This document shows, one piece after another, positions 7,535 through 18,559 of a stretch of 64,000 nt of DNA. The stretch spans positions 67,482 through 131,481 of the forward strand of contig JBBTVB010000005.1 of the NCBI GenBank assembly GCA_038063455.1, read 5' to 3'. Position 1 is the first letter of the stretch, and every line of letters begins with the position of its first letter. The translations under genes were made by a program, and so were the position numbers. The notes beneath the pieces are model-generated. The model saw nothing but the letters and a program-made list of their open reading frames with translations, did not search any database and was not told the origin of the DNA. The DNA is from Patescibacteria group bacterium. Its GTDB lineage: Bacteria; Patescibacteriota; Patescibacteriia; PEXW01.

Positions 7535-9592
7535 TTACGCAGCGTTGGTTTTGAGATACCTTCCGAGACCGGAGCGTTGCACCAAGCGGTTGATGTTGCC
7601 ACTGCCGATACCAGGTTTTAGTTTATGGTTCTCGTCGATCATGAAGCACTTTGCACCAAAGCGTCTCTCCGCTTCGACTGCAACGTCCATGATCTGCGTG
7701 CTAAATAGCAGACTCACCTTGCGCTCGTTGAGCGCTTCAAGCACCTGCAATGCAACCTGCATACCGTCCCGCTCCTGTGTCGCTGAGCCGAGCTCATCGA
7801 GCACAAGGATGACGTTTTTGCCATCCACACCTTCGATACCCTTGAACACATTGGCGGTTTTCCGGATAAGGAGCTGACAGACCGACTGACCGCTCACTCC
7901 TTCGATGAACACGAGGCCAAGGTGGGACTTGCAGTTCAAGCGAAGACGTCGGCCGAGAATGGGTAAGCCACTCTGCGCTAGGTAGATGTTCGCCACCAGC
8001 GTATGTTCGGTAACAGTCTTGCCGCCGCCATGCGTACCAGTGAGACCAATCATCGTGCCGTTAATCGGCGGCAACCCGTTTATGGGCACGACCTTCTTCG
8101 ACTTCAGTACTTCGCCAAGATGCATGGGAATAAGCTCTTCGAACTCCACAATGTTTTCACCATTGCCATCCACGATCTCCGGGAAGGAGAGGGTAGAGTT
8201 AAATTCCTTCGCTTTCACCACACACTTAGTGAGCAAGTCGCACATATGCAGGAGGCGGGTCATGTGCTCACCGCAGAAATCCCGTAGTGAGCCAACCGCC
8301 AGGTACGTCGGGTGCAGATCATCAGCGAAGTAGAGGTTGTTCAAGGCTTTCCATTTGTGCTCTTGGTCCGTCAAGGGCGAGAGCGCGTTCATGATGCGAC
8401 TGAATAAATGCGGGTCGACCTCGAAAAGGTTTGCTCGAAGCCTCGCATCTGCAGATGAGCTGTACACTTGCTGAAGGTTTTTCTGTATCTTCTCCTGCGC
8501 ATGCATGATAGTTTCCATTCGCTTGGGGCTATAGCCTGCGAACTGAGCAAAGGAGAAGGAGAAGCTCGCGTCTGCTGTCTTCGTCTGCCGCACATTGATA
8601 ATGCGGAACCGAAGACCATCGGTCCTGTCCTTGTAGTTCCCGAACGAAAAGTGAACAGTAAAAGTCAGGGGCGTGCAGCAGAACTTAAGCACCTCGACGT
8701 CCTGAGTGACGGTCGTGACCAAAGCTTGAACAACATCATCAACGACTTCCGTGCTCGCGTTGATGACCATTGGTTCGTACGCCTTGGCATCAAGTTGCTT
8801 ATTCTGGAAGTCAAGTATGCGCTTCCAGATGCCACCAACAATCCAACGCCAGGGATTCCACCGCTGGTTGAGCCAATGCGGATAGCGCTTCTTCCGTGCT
8901 TCAGAGAGCGCGTAGCTGAAAGTTCGATGGCCGTGGAACTCCAAAATCCGCTTGCTTTTGATGGAAAGGACGGATGTTGGATTGAAGTCCTTCTCCACCG
9001 CATCACCAGCAAGCTTCTTCCTCAAACGTTCAAGTGCTGTGTTGGACGTTTCGCAATCGATTTCGACGACACCTTCGAGGACGGCAGTCGATTCGAGTAT
9101 TTCGCCAATCACCTTACCCATCTCACGGTCATCAGCTTCCAAGTTAAGAAAACTCTGGAGCGTATCCGTAAAGACCCGAAGTCGCTTAGGCAGCCGATCA
9201 AAGGGTTTCAGAGCCTCGAGGAATGCTCGTACCTCCACCCAAAACGGCGTATGGCCCTGCTGCGGATCGTAGTATGACTGGAAGCCCCTCTCGGTTGTCG
9301 GCAGGCCAGGCGCATTCCGGAGCGCTTTGAAAGAATCCCAGAGCTCTGGGTGTTCGCTCAAAAAGCGCATGACATCCTGCCGCTCTCGGGCTTCTGCGGT
9401 ATCGCAGTTCCCAAATCCCCGCTTCAAGGGGTGATGAAGAATACCCATGCCATCGAGGACGGCACTTTCAGGGAAATCATCCTCGTTGATGATTGTTAAC
9501 TTCGGCGTATCGAAACGCCAGAAACTAAAATCGGGCGCGGGATACTGTCCAACTTGTGGCTTGCTGAGAGACATTGATTCCTCCATGCGCAT
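7535..9592 (-). CDS. MutS-domain-V-like ATPase with a large uncharacterised N-terminal region
   Basis: The C-terminal ~200 aa carry GLTGTHGGGKT (Walker A-like), VLVLDELGSAT (Walker B-like, compare the MutS DELGRGT) and LLFSTQ (compare ATH). Confidence 0.55.
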   Translation of the reverse strand: MRMEESMSLSKPQVGQYPAPDFSFWRFDTPKLTIINEDDFPESAVLDGMGILHHPLKRGFGNCDTAEARERQDVMRFLSEHPELWDSFKALRNAPGLPTTERGFQSYYDPQQGHTPFWVEVRAFLEALKPFDRLPKRLRVFTDTLQSFLNLEADDREMGKVIGEILESTAVLEGVVEIDCETSNTALERLRKKLAGDAVEKDFNPTSVLSIKSKRILEFHGHRTFSYALSEARKKRYPHWLNQRWNPWRWIVGGIWKRILDFQNKQLDAKAYEPMVINASTEVVDDVVQALVTTVTQDVEVLKFCCTPLTFTVHFSFGNYKDRTDGLRFRIINVRQTKTADASFSFSFAQFAGYSPKRMETIMHAQEKIQKNLQQVYSSSADARLRANLFEVDPHLFSRIMNALSPLTDQEHKWKALNNLYFADDLHPTYLAVGSLRDFCGEHMTRLLHMCDLLTKCVVKAKEFNSTLSFPEIVDGNGENIVEFEELIPMHLGEVLKSKKVVPINGLPPINGTMIGLTGTHGGGKTVTEHTLVANIYLAQSGLPILGRRLRLNCKSHLGLVFIEGVSGQSVCQLLIRKTANVFKGIEGVDGKNVILVLDELGSATQERDGMQVALQVLEALNERKVSLLFSTQIMDVAVEAERRFGAKCFMIDENHKLKPGIGSGNINRLVQRSGLGRYLKTNAA

Positions 9593-9768
9593 TTCTATGC
9601 GCTTTTCCTAAGGTTTATGGGTTCAAAAATCTATAATTTTCAAAGAGTTGCTCGCTGCAGAACCTTTAAAAAAATTAAAATTCCGCAACACTAGAATCTA
9701 CTATAACAGGCGTATCTTGTCAAGATAAGCCTGAACATGAATCATTCCTTAGCTCCTTGCCAAAAGAT

Positions 9769-10071
9769 TTAGACCTTGTACTTCTCTAACCAATCACCAA
9801 TAATCGGGAGCTTGTAGGTGTTACCAATAAACGCTTGGTAAAAACCGTAGAGCTCGAATGCCAGAATAATAAAGCCAACGAATGGGATAAACCACAGCAC
9901 GGACAGGATGAACAACGCTGTACCGTTTTTGGCATGCTGCTGGATAAAAGCATCGTCACGCTTGACGAACAGAATGATAAGGCAGATGAACCAGACGTAG
10001 CCAAGTGCGGCGAGCAAATTCTTCTGGTTATTGAAACCGGTATTCTGGGTTTTTTGGGTGACAGGGTCCAT
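9769..10071 (-). CDS. small membrane protein (DUF4870-like)
   Basis: 100 aa from ATG 10071 with three hydrophobic helices. The ...LAALGYVWFICLIILFVKRDD.FIQQHAKNG pattern is typical of this family. Confidence 0.55.
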   Translation of the reverse strand: MDPVTQKTQNTGFNNQKNLLAALGYVWFICLIILFVKRDDAFIQQHAKNGTALFILSVLWFIPFVGFIILAFELYGFYQAFIGNTYKLPIIGDWLEKYKV

Positions 10072-10161
10072 GCAGAGAGTATACAAGAAAATATTGACAA
10101 CGCAAACCATGGTGCTATCCTGCACAATCAACAAACCTACACTGTACATTCAAGGAGGAAT

Positions 10162-10731
10162 ATGAGTTTGATAACTCGCCAAGGACGGGAGCGGCTGCTG
10201 ATTAAAAAAGGAGCGGCCGACAAAGCTTTTGTGCATCGCGATGCACGTAACGAAAGAGCAGTAGTCGAAAAAACTCTGTATGACGAGTACGAACTTGCCC
10301 AGCAACCCTGCGACTGGCACCTGTACGCGGCCAAAGTCTTGCACAGTAAGCTGCCGGGCACGCACTGGGAGCACAACTGCGGCGACCTACTGGCAAAGTG
10401 GGAACGTGCAGTAACCAGTCACGTGTCAACAGCGCAACGTGAAATCGCAGGGGCCATAAGCGGCCACGCGATACTAGGCGCTCCGCTACCCGCAGTGTAC
10501 GTGTACATCGTGGGCAAAGGGGAATTGCGACTACACCAGTGCCCGCTGCCTTTCTGCTTCGGAAGGGAGGTAGCGTACCGGCCTGCAGATGCTGCAAGTT
10601 TTGCCACGACGATGCTGGAACGGCTGCGCCGGATACCGCCCCTCAACCAGTGCAACCACACCATTCCAGTGCCAGCCTCGGCGCAAAAAATTCTGGGTAA
10701 CTACCTGGAAATCTACCGCGCGCGACGTTAA
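10162..10731 (+). CDS. hypothetical protein
   Basis: 189 aa from ATG 10162, preceded by an AGGAGG ribosome-binding site. Confidence 0.5.
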   Translation: MSLITRQGRERLLIKKGAADKAFVHRDARNERAVVEKTLYDEYELAQQPCDWHLYAAKVLHSKLPGTHWEHNCGDLLAKWERAVTSHVSTAQREIAGAISGHAILGAPLPAVYVYIVGKGELRLHQCPLPFCFGREVAYRPADAASFATTMLERLRRIPPLNQCNHTIPVPASAQKILGNYLEIYRARR

Positions 10732-11038
10732 GGAAAAACGCGCGATAGCCCCCCCCTCTTGACAATTCCTGCCAGCCCGCTATCATTAGCAATCATTTAC
10801 TCGGGCTAAATACCAATGGCTCGAGGAATGGACAGTATAAAAAACAACAAACCCGCCAAAGGAAGGCCACAACATGCCGAAGTAGCGACCCAAGAGGTTG
10901 AAAAATCAAATTTTAAACGCCATGAGCAATCATGGCGTCTTTTTTACGTCGTAAATAATAACGATAAAGGGCCGAGCAAGCCCCGCACCACATTGGTGCG
11001 CGGGCAAGCTCGGCCCCTACAGTCTATAACTTTTCGGC

Positions 11039-12703
<1,665 letters not shown>

Positions 12704-12707
12704 TTAT

Positions 12708-12986
12708 TTACTTTTGGAGAATTGCCAGCACGTCCTCGTCTTTGAGGATTTTGTACTCAATGTCTTCCACTTCGACTTCGTCGCCCGAGTACTTGCCGAA
12801 CAGCACAACGTCGCCCAGCTTGAGGCCGAGCTTCATAATTTTCTCACCGGTGCCAATGGCGACGACTTCGCCTTGTTCCTTTTTCTCTTTATCTACCGTG
12901 TCGGGCAGCACAATGCCGGACTTCGTTACCTCTTCCTGCGTGGCGGGCTTTACCACAATTCTATCGCCCAAGGGTTTTAGCTGCAT
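12708..12986 (-). CDS. groS: co-chaperonin GroES
   Basis: 92 aa from ATG 12986 ([14 protein letters not shown]...), located directly upstream of groEL. Confidence 0.95.
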   Translation of the reverse strand: MQLKPLGDRIVVKPATQEEVTKSGIVLPDTVDKEKKEQGEVVAIGTGEKIMKLGLKLGDVVLFGKYSGDEVEVEDIEYKILKDEDVLAILQK

Positions 12987-13027
12987 ATGCAGTTTCTGCT
13001 TATTTAATGCGAGGTTTCGGGCAATTT

Positions 13028-13054
13028 TTAGCACTAACCATTAAGGAGTGCTAA
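13028..13054 (-). promoter_or_regulatory. CIRCE operator (HrcA-binding inverted repeat)
   Basis: TTAGCACTA-N9-GAGTGCTAA lies upstream of groES. This is one mismatch from the consensus TTAGCACTC-N9-GAGTGCTAA. Confidence 0.85.
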
Positions 13055-13070
13055 ATGCCGTGTGAAAGGA

Positions 13071-13098
13071 ATTTTAGCAGGAAAATAGGGGGTGTCAA
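13071..13098 (-). promoter_or_regulatory. sigma-70-like groESL promoter
   Basis: On the minus strand, TTGACA (13093-13098), a 16-nt spacer and TAAAAT (13071-13076), just upstream of CIRCE. Confidence 0.6.
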
Positions 13099-13216
13099 CC
13101 CCACACCACTTTTAACAAAAAAAGTGGGATCAATACTCATTCCTAGGCTTTCCTTTACATAGCTGACTCCGGCCCTTAAGCTAAACCAAAATACGAAACA
13201 ACCAAATGGAGGGGCC

Positions 13217-14053
13217 ATGCGCTCTTTACAATTCTGGATAAAAGTCACCCGGCCAATGCAGGCCTTGCTTGGTGGCCTAGCCACGTACATTGTGGCAACA
13301 CTTTCTGATGGGCAGGACTGGTTTGCCCCCGTAAAACTCGCTGCTGCTGGAGTAATGTTCATGGGCGTAGCGGGCGCAAGCATTTTTCACTACGGTGCGG
13401 CCCACCAAATGTATGCTCGAAAAGATTGGGATCGGATTGAAGTACGGCAACCCGCACTACTCATCAGCCTGGGCGGCCTAATGATGTTCATGAGCAGCGC
13501 GCTCGCATTAGCGATACTACCCAGTATTTGCTTCTGGATAACAACCTTTAATGCTGTGGCGGTGAGCTGCTATGCACGCTGGTTGGCAAAACATTGGGTG
13601 ACGAAAAACGTAGTTATTGCCTTCGTCTGTACAACTCCTGTACTCATTGGTTGGCTTAGCGGACAGCATACGCACCCTGCGCTTCCCTACCTTACCGTTG
13701 CAACATTCTTTGCCTACTGGACCAGGGAAATTATCAAAGACTACCTGGATATGAAGGCAGATGACGGCATTCGAGTGACGCTGCCGCTTTGGTTAGGCCC
13801 GGCAAAAGCGCATCGCGCGCTGTACGTGGCGGCAATCACCATGTTCCTCGCTGTTGCAAGCTTGCTCGAGTTCGCCAGTACGATGCATGGTGGCCCAACC
13901 CTTGCAGTGGTGTTCTTCCAGGTGGCGATAATCAGCTTGGCTTTTACAGGGTTCTGCCTCGCGGAACGCAGATGCATCCCGCAACTGCCCAGGTTCATTA
14001 CCTGCAGCAACGCCCTGGTCCTGGCCAGCGCGTTCCTGCTGAAACTTTCCTAG
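13217..14053 (+). CDS. UbiA-family prenyltransferase-like membrane protein
   Basis: 278 aa, polytopic. It has the Asp-rich motif REIIKDYLDMKADDGIRVTLP. The first Asp-rich motif is not obvious. Confidence 0.55.
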   Translation: MRSLQFWIKVTRPMQALLGGLATYIVATLSDGQDWFAPVKLAAAGVMFMGVAGASIFHYGAAHQMYARKDWDRIEVRQPALLISLGGLMMFMSSALALAILPSICFWITTFNAVAVSCYARWLAKHWVTKNVVIAFVCTTPVLIGWLSGQHTHPALPYLTVATFFAYWTREIIKDYLDMKADDGIRVTLPLWLGPAKAHRALYVAAITMFLAVASLLEFASTMHGGPTLAVVFFQVAIISLAFTGFCLAERRCIPQLPRFITCSNALVLASAFLLKLS

Positions 14054-14062
14054 CCCGTCCTT

Positions 14063-14090
14063 GCCCGCGACCCTGTCGCGGGCTTTTTTT
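14063..14090. terminator. bidirectional intrinsic terminator
   Basis: GCCCGCGAC-CCT-GTCGCGGGC 9-bp stem followed by T7, between convergent genes. Confidence 0.7.
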
Positions 14091-14092
14091 GA

Positions 14093-15655
14093 TTAACTGG
14101 CGCCGTTCTCCGTAGCGAGCAAGTCGAAGAACATGGCCTCGGTAAGCAGCTCGACCGGGGCGCGGTTATCCGTAAAAACTTGGCGCGCCGGCACGGCGTG
14201 CGTTGGTGCTGCCGCTTGGCGAATTGTTGCCATGTGGTCTTTCAGGGCAAGGGGCACTCGCTCTTCTAGCCCGACGGACGAAAGCTGTTCCGTGGTAGCC
14301 AAGATAAGGTGGTTGGCCACCCCAGGCAAACGTTTCACAGCCACGTGCGGAAAAACACTTTCGAGCGTGGCGAGGATGCGCTGCAGCAATGGCGCGTCGT
14401 CGCGAAAGGCGTTGACGTTGATGCTGAAGATGCCACCGGGACGCAAGTGCTGCCGCGCCAATTGGAAGTACTCTTGCGTGGTCAGGTGCGGGGCAATGTA
14501 CACCTGCTGGCTGTACGCATCGGTAATAATCAGGTCGTACTGCTGCGCCGTGGTAGCCAAAAACATCCGCCCGTCGGCAGTGTGAATGGTTAAATTGTCA
14601 CGCTCCAACGCAAAGTGCTTTTTGGCCAGCGCTACAATATCGGGGTCAATCTCCACGCCGTCCATGTGCAGGTCGAGTACTGGCCCAGCAAAGGCATCGA
14701 GCTGTCGGCTCAAGGTGCCGCCGGCCAACCCGACAATGAGCGCGTCGTACCGCTCGCCAGCCCGACCATTAATAAACGGCAAGGCGCTAAAGTAGTCGTA
14801 GTACCCGCCAAAAAGAATGCGGTCCGGGTGGTAGAGCGACTGGATACCAATGCCGTCGTTAATGCGCAGAGCGCGCGTGCCATCCTCGCTTGCGGTAACG
14901 CGCACGTACTGGTACGCGCTGTCGCGCTCTTCCACGGTTACGCCATCGGGCCGGATGAACATGCCGCGGGTGAGGAGGTAGCCGCCAATGGGCAGCAACA
15001 GCAAGGCAAAAGCCCAGCGCCCACGCCGACCTAGCACTATGGCACTCAACAAAATGAGCGCGGCGCTGCCCAAGAAGAAGGTTTCGCGCACGCCCACGAA
15101 CGGGATGAGGAAAAATGCCGGCAGAAAAATGCCCACAATGCTGCCAACCGTGGACGCGGCAAAAATCCTGCCGGCGGCGCGGCCCGTGGCTTCCACGGTG
15201 GTGGCGGCCAGGCGGATGGCAAATGGGCTAACCATGCCCAGCAGGAAAATGGGTGGGAAAAACAGCAGCGCCGCCGCGAGCAGCGAAGCTACAACCACCA
15301 CAAATTGCAGACCGGCTTCGGTCGTGGTGGCAATGAGCGTCTTGGCCACAACCCGCACCAGTACGGGAATGAGCGTGGTGTACACCCCGGCCGCCAGCAC
15401 CACAAATGCCAGCACGTGGCGTTCGGGATGACGATCGGCCAATTTGCCACCGGTGCTGTAGCCGGTAGCCAAGGCAATGAGCGTAATGCCAATGACATTC
15501 GCCCAGACGTAGAGCGAGGTGCCGAAGTACGGCGCGAGCGCACGGGAGGCAGTAATTTCTATGGCGGTAATAACCAGGCCCGTAATAAACACAAAACCCG
15601 TGAGCTGCCGGGGCGTGAACGGCGTGCTGGCTGCAGGCGTGTGATTATCGGGCAT
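14093..15655 (-). CDS. fused membrane domain / spermidine-synthase-like methyltransferase-fold protein
   Basis: 520 aa. The N-terminal part has about 7 TM helices. The C-terminal part has ...ALIVGLAGGTLSR...VEIDPDIV...DLIITDAY..., an aminopropyltransferase-like pattern. Confidence 0.7.
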   Translation of the reverse strand: MPDNHTPAASTPFTPRQLTGFVFITGLVITAIEITASRALAPYFGTSLYVWANVIGITLIALATGYSTGGKLADRHPERHVLAFVVLAAGVYTTLIPVLVRVVAKTLIATTTEAGLQFVVVVASLLAAALLFFPPIFLLGMVSPFAIRLAATTVEATGRAAGRIFAASTVGSIVGIFLPAFFLIPFVGVRETFFLGSAALILLSAIVLGRRGRWAFALLLLPIGGYLLTRGMFIRPDGVTVEERDSAYQYVRVTASEDGTRALRINDGIGIQSLYHPDRILFGGYYDYFSALPFINGRAGERYDALIVGLAGGTLSRQLDAFAGPVLDLHMDGVEIDPDIVALAKKHFALERDNLTIHTADGRMFLATTAQQYDLIITDAYSQQVYIAPHLTTQEYFQLARQHLRPGGIFSINVNAFRDDAPLLQRILATLESVFPHVAVKRLPGVANHLILATTEQLSSVGLEERVPLALKDHMATIRQAAAPTHAVPARQVFTDNRAPVELLTEAMFFDLLATENGAS

Positions 15656-17018
15656 GTATTTTTTCTTGAATGGCGATACTCAGCCACACCAGCATAGCAC
15701 CCGCGCTCAGTGTCCAGAGGTAGTGATCAAAGAGGCCGATGACTAGCAGCGCGGAAAAACTACCCTGCAAAACGAGTGATGCCCAAGTTGGGTGCTGGAG
15801 CGTTTGCAAAAGTTGACGACGGAGCACGGTGAGCAAGAACGCCAGGTAGACCAAACCTCCGATGACGCCAAGCTCCACCACGCTCAACAGGTAGATATTG
15901 TGGACGGGCTGGTAGGCATGCACATTCCCCCGCTCGCGGGTTAGCTGGTCATAGACGGCCACGGGCATATTGCCATAGCCCACACCGCGCAAGGGTTCCA
16001 GTTTAATAAGCGCGTACGCATCCGTAAATTGTTGCTGCCGCTCAGAAATGGACTTCTGCTCCAGCCGACCTGTGGCCTCTGATCGAGCGAGGAATAGCTG
16101 CGGCAAGACCAGCGCCGTAACGCCCGCGATGACCACCATGAACACTGTCCACTTGGCCCACAACCGCCAACCCCAGGGCCAACGCAGGATAAGTAGGAAC
16201 ACAAGCATGACCAACCAGCCCGCGGCAAAGCCAACCCAGCCTGAGCGGGAGAAGGTGAGCAGCAAGCCTAGGAGGAGGATGGTGAGCGTAAGCAGCAGCC
16301 CGGCGATGCGCCAAGCCTGATGGATGTGCCACTTCCTGCCTTCAACATGGCGCCGAACATTTTCCCGCGTCCACGTGGCAAAACCTTTGCGCACGTCGTC
16401 ATACATCCGCAGGTAAAAACCAAAGGTAATAAGCAGCGCGACGGCCAAATACCCGCCCAAAATATTTGGATGCGGCAAACTCCCATAGGCCCGCAGCCAG
16501 CGCATGCCACCGACCTCGACCACGGATGTGCCGCTGAGGCCAGGATCATGGCTAGCTAAACCCAACCACGAAAACGCCGGGCTGGACTGGGTAAAAAATT
16601 GCCCTATACCGAAGAGCGCCTGCAGCACCGCCCCGCCGACAAAACAGGCCAAGAGGAAGGTTGGCTTCACCCATTCCTGCTGCACCACCCACCACAGCAG
16701 CACGCCGAGGACGAACAGTCGCAGGCTGTAGAGCGCCACATCCGAACGGTTGGCAAAAATGAGCGAGCCAAAAATAACCACGCCGAGTGCGCCGATGGCC
16801 AACCACATGCTGCGCGAACCAGCCCGCCGCCGGGGCAGCAGGGCCGCGCCAACCGCGAGGAAGATGAGGAGAATATCGGTAGCGTACAGACTCAACGTCC
16901 CATACTCTGTTGGCGTCGCGCCAATGTGCGGCTGGGCCACAATCAAACGGGTCTGCCATGGCAGCAGGGCCACGTACAGCCCGAGACCAAACCCCAGCCA
17001 GCGCGCGATGCGGTTCAT
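15645..17018 (-). CDS. O-antigen ligase (Wzy_C)-family membrane protein
   Basis: 457 aa, polytopic, with the LLTFSRSGWVGFAAG motif. Overlaps the downstream gene by 11 nt and the upstream gene by 4 nt, which suggests an operon. Confidence 0.65.
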   Translation of the reverse strand: MNRIARWLGFGLGLYVALLPWQTRLIVAQPHIGATPTEYGTLSLYATDILLIFLAVGAALLPRRRAGSRSMWLAIGALGVVIFGSLIFANRSDVALYSLRLFVLGVLLWWVVQQEWVKPTFLLACFVGGAVLQALFGIGQFFTQSSPAFSWLGLASHDPGLSGTSVVEVGGMRWLRAYGSLPHPNILGGYLAVALLITFGFYLRMYDDVRKGFATWTRENVRRHVEGRKWHIHQAWRIAGLLLTLTILLLGLLLTFSRSGWVGFAAGWLVMLVFLLILRWPWGWRLWAKWTVFMVVIAGVTALVLPQLFLARSEATGRLEQKSISERQQQFTDAYALIKLEPLRGVGYGNMPVAVYDQLTRERGNVHAYQPVHNIYLLSVVELGVIGGLVYLAFLLTVLRRQLLQTLQHPTWASLVLQGSFSALLVIGLFDHYLWTLSAGAMLVWLSIAIQEKIHAR

Positions 17019-18061
17019 ATGCCCAGAGCCGCACAGCGGGCGCGGAATTGCCTGGCATACTCGTCGCGCCGGTCATTGTCGTGGAACTTGAGCATGGTGT
17101 TGTTGAGGACGACGCGCGTGTCCTGATTGGCAAGCGTGCGCAGTGCTGGCGGCAAGCGCTGTTGCTGGAACCGTTCGGCCCACCGCTCGAACCACGCACT
17201 GGCGACCAGTGCTTCGAGCATCGGTTGAACAAACAATGCGCGCAGCCGGCGCTGCTCGGCAATTGCCCGGGGTGCGGCATTGGGCAACGCGGCTGCAGCC
17301 CAGGGGTTGGCCTGCCAGAGTTTTTCCAGAAGCCCCTGCGGGTCGTACAGTGGCACCAGCGTGGCCAGCCACATGGTGAAGTATGGGTCATCCGCATTCC
17401 GCACCGCACGCAGGTCACCAACGTCTTGGGTGATAAAAAAGGACAAGCAGACTTTATCCGCCCGGTTGCCAACCTGCGGCCGGAGCTTGCGCAGCTGCGC
17501 CCAACCTGCCGCGAAGAGCCGCGCGGTCCATACATGGCCGGGTGAGGTTATGATGAAAACATCAATGTCGCTTTCGGCACGCGCGTTCGATGTAGCCAAA
17601 GAGTTGCACACGGCCACGGCCCGGACGAAAGGCAAACGCGCAAGCACGCGCGCAAACTTTTTTGCGCGACCAAACTTGAGCAAGGCCAAACGGTAACGCC
17701 CCTGCCGCGTAGCGACAATGCCTTGCTGGCCTTTGAGAAAATAAAAGCCACTCTGCTGTTGAAGTTTCTCCTGTAACAGCGGACTTTTCACAAGCCCCTC
17801 CTCTACTGCTCTATAGCTATACACATTGTCATTGCGAGGGGTAGCAACGACGACCTGCCCGCCATCGCCTTCGGCGAAGCCGAGGCCGGCGGGAGCAATC
17901 TTGCTTTGCGCTGTATCAACAAGATTGCCACGTCCCGCTGCTGCGGGACTCGCAATGACAGAAGCAAACCCCCACTTCCATACTTCCCATGCGGTCAGCG
18001 GATAGCTAAACATGTCGAAGTAGGCAACGGTGCGCAGGATCGCTTGTTCCAGCGGATTCAT
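17015..18061 (-). CDS. hypothetical protein with polymerase-beta-type nucleotidyltransferase-like motif
   Basis: 348 aa. AVCNSLATSNARAESDIDVFIIT resembles the GS...DxD NTase motif. It contains an in-frame palindromic-element insertion (listed as the next feature). Confidence 0.5.
   Translation of the reverse strand: MNPLEQAILRTVAYFDMFSYPLTAWEVWKWGFASVIASPAAAGRGNLVDTAQSKIAPAGLGFAEGDGGQVVVATPRNDNVYSYRAVEEGLVKSPLLQEKLQQQSGFYFLKGQQGIVATRQGRYRLALLKFGRAKKFARVLARLPFVRAVAVCNSLATSNARAESDIDVFIITSPGHVWTARLFAAGWAQLRKLRPQVGNRADKVCLSFFITQDVGDLRAVRNADDPYFTMWLATLVPLYDPQGLLEKLWQANPWAAAALPNAAPRAIAEQRRLRALFVQPMLEALVASAWFERWAERFQQQRLPPALRTLANQDTRVVLNNTMLKFHDNDRRDEYARQFRARCAALGI
17828..17959. mobile_element. palindromic MITE/RPE-like element, type A (GTCATTGCGAG...CTCGCAATGAC), inserted in frame in a CDS
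   Basis: Perfect 11-bp terminal inverted repeats. Length 132 bp, i.e. 44 codons (VIASPAAAGRGN...ATPRND). The first ~70 nt are homologous to the uvrC copy. Confidence 0.75.
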
Positions 18062-18202
18062 GACTGCATGCTACCGCGTGAGCAGGAGTAGGTGCAACCA
18101 GGTCGTACGCTTGACAGCAGGACAAATCCTGGTATACTCCGGCCACAACAAAAAGCCCCTGCACTGGGCATGCACAGCACATTCTAGCCAAAGGAGGCGT
18201 TC

Positions 18203-18502
18203 GTGCTCATACTGACCCGAAAATTGGGGGAATCGATTACCATAGGTGATGATATTCGTGTATCCGTTATTGGAGTGCGCGGTCGACAAGTCCGACTCGC
18301 AATTGATGCGCCGACAAACGTCATCGTGCACCGCGAAGAAATCTATGTCAAAATCCAGGCGGAAAATCTCCGCAGGACTGACCCGACTGGAACTGATGTA
18401 ATGCAACTGGCCAAGCTCATCAAGACCAAGCTTACCGGCGAAGAACCCCCGGCTCCACCAACAGCGAGCTACCCAGAAAGTGACCCAGAAGGAGAGCTCT
18501 AA
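18203..18502 (+). CDS. csrA: carbon storage regulator CsrA
   Basis: GTG start after an AGGAGG site. [48 protein letters not shown] is near-consensus CsrA, followed by a ~40-aa Pro/Glu-rich tail. Confidence 0.9.
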   Translation: MLILTRKLGESITIGDDIRVSVIGVRGRQVRLAIDAPTNVIVHREEIYVKIQAENLRRTDPTGTDVMQLAKLIKTKLTGEEPPAPPTASYPESDPEGEL

Positions 18503-18526
18503 AACCTGGTTAGAGCGCAAACCAAA

Positions 18527-18559
18527 AACCCCGCCACCATATGACGGGGTTCTTTTTTT
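18527..18559. terminator. bidirectional intrinsic terminator (csrA / uvrA)
   Basis: AACCCCG...CGGGGTT stem flanked by an A-run on one side and a T-run on the other. Confidence 0.6.

Noticed and set aside
10770-10945. TTGACA-N17-TATCAT promoter-like site plus an ACGCCATGA-GCAA-TCATGGCGT hairpin with T6; possible small RNA or the tracked 105-aa ORF 10816-11133
   Set aside because: The hairpin is most simply the terminator of the upstream gene (10162-10731). The ORF runs through two terminators (its own-strand hairpin and the groEL terminator), so it is not credible. No known RNA motif was recognised, so the evidence is too weak to call a feature.
13217-14053. Specific assignment of the UbiA-family protein (e.g. 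a menaquinone, heme O or archaeal-type lipid prenyltransferase)
   Set aside because: Only the second Asp-rich motif is recognisable, so the subfamily cannot be determined by eye.
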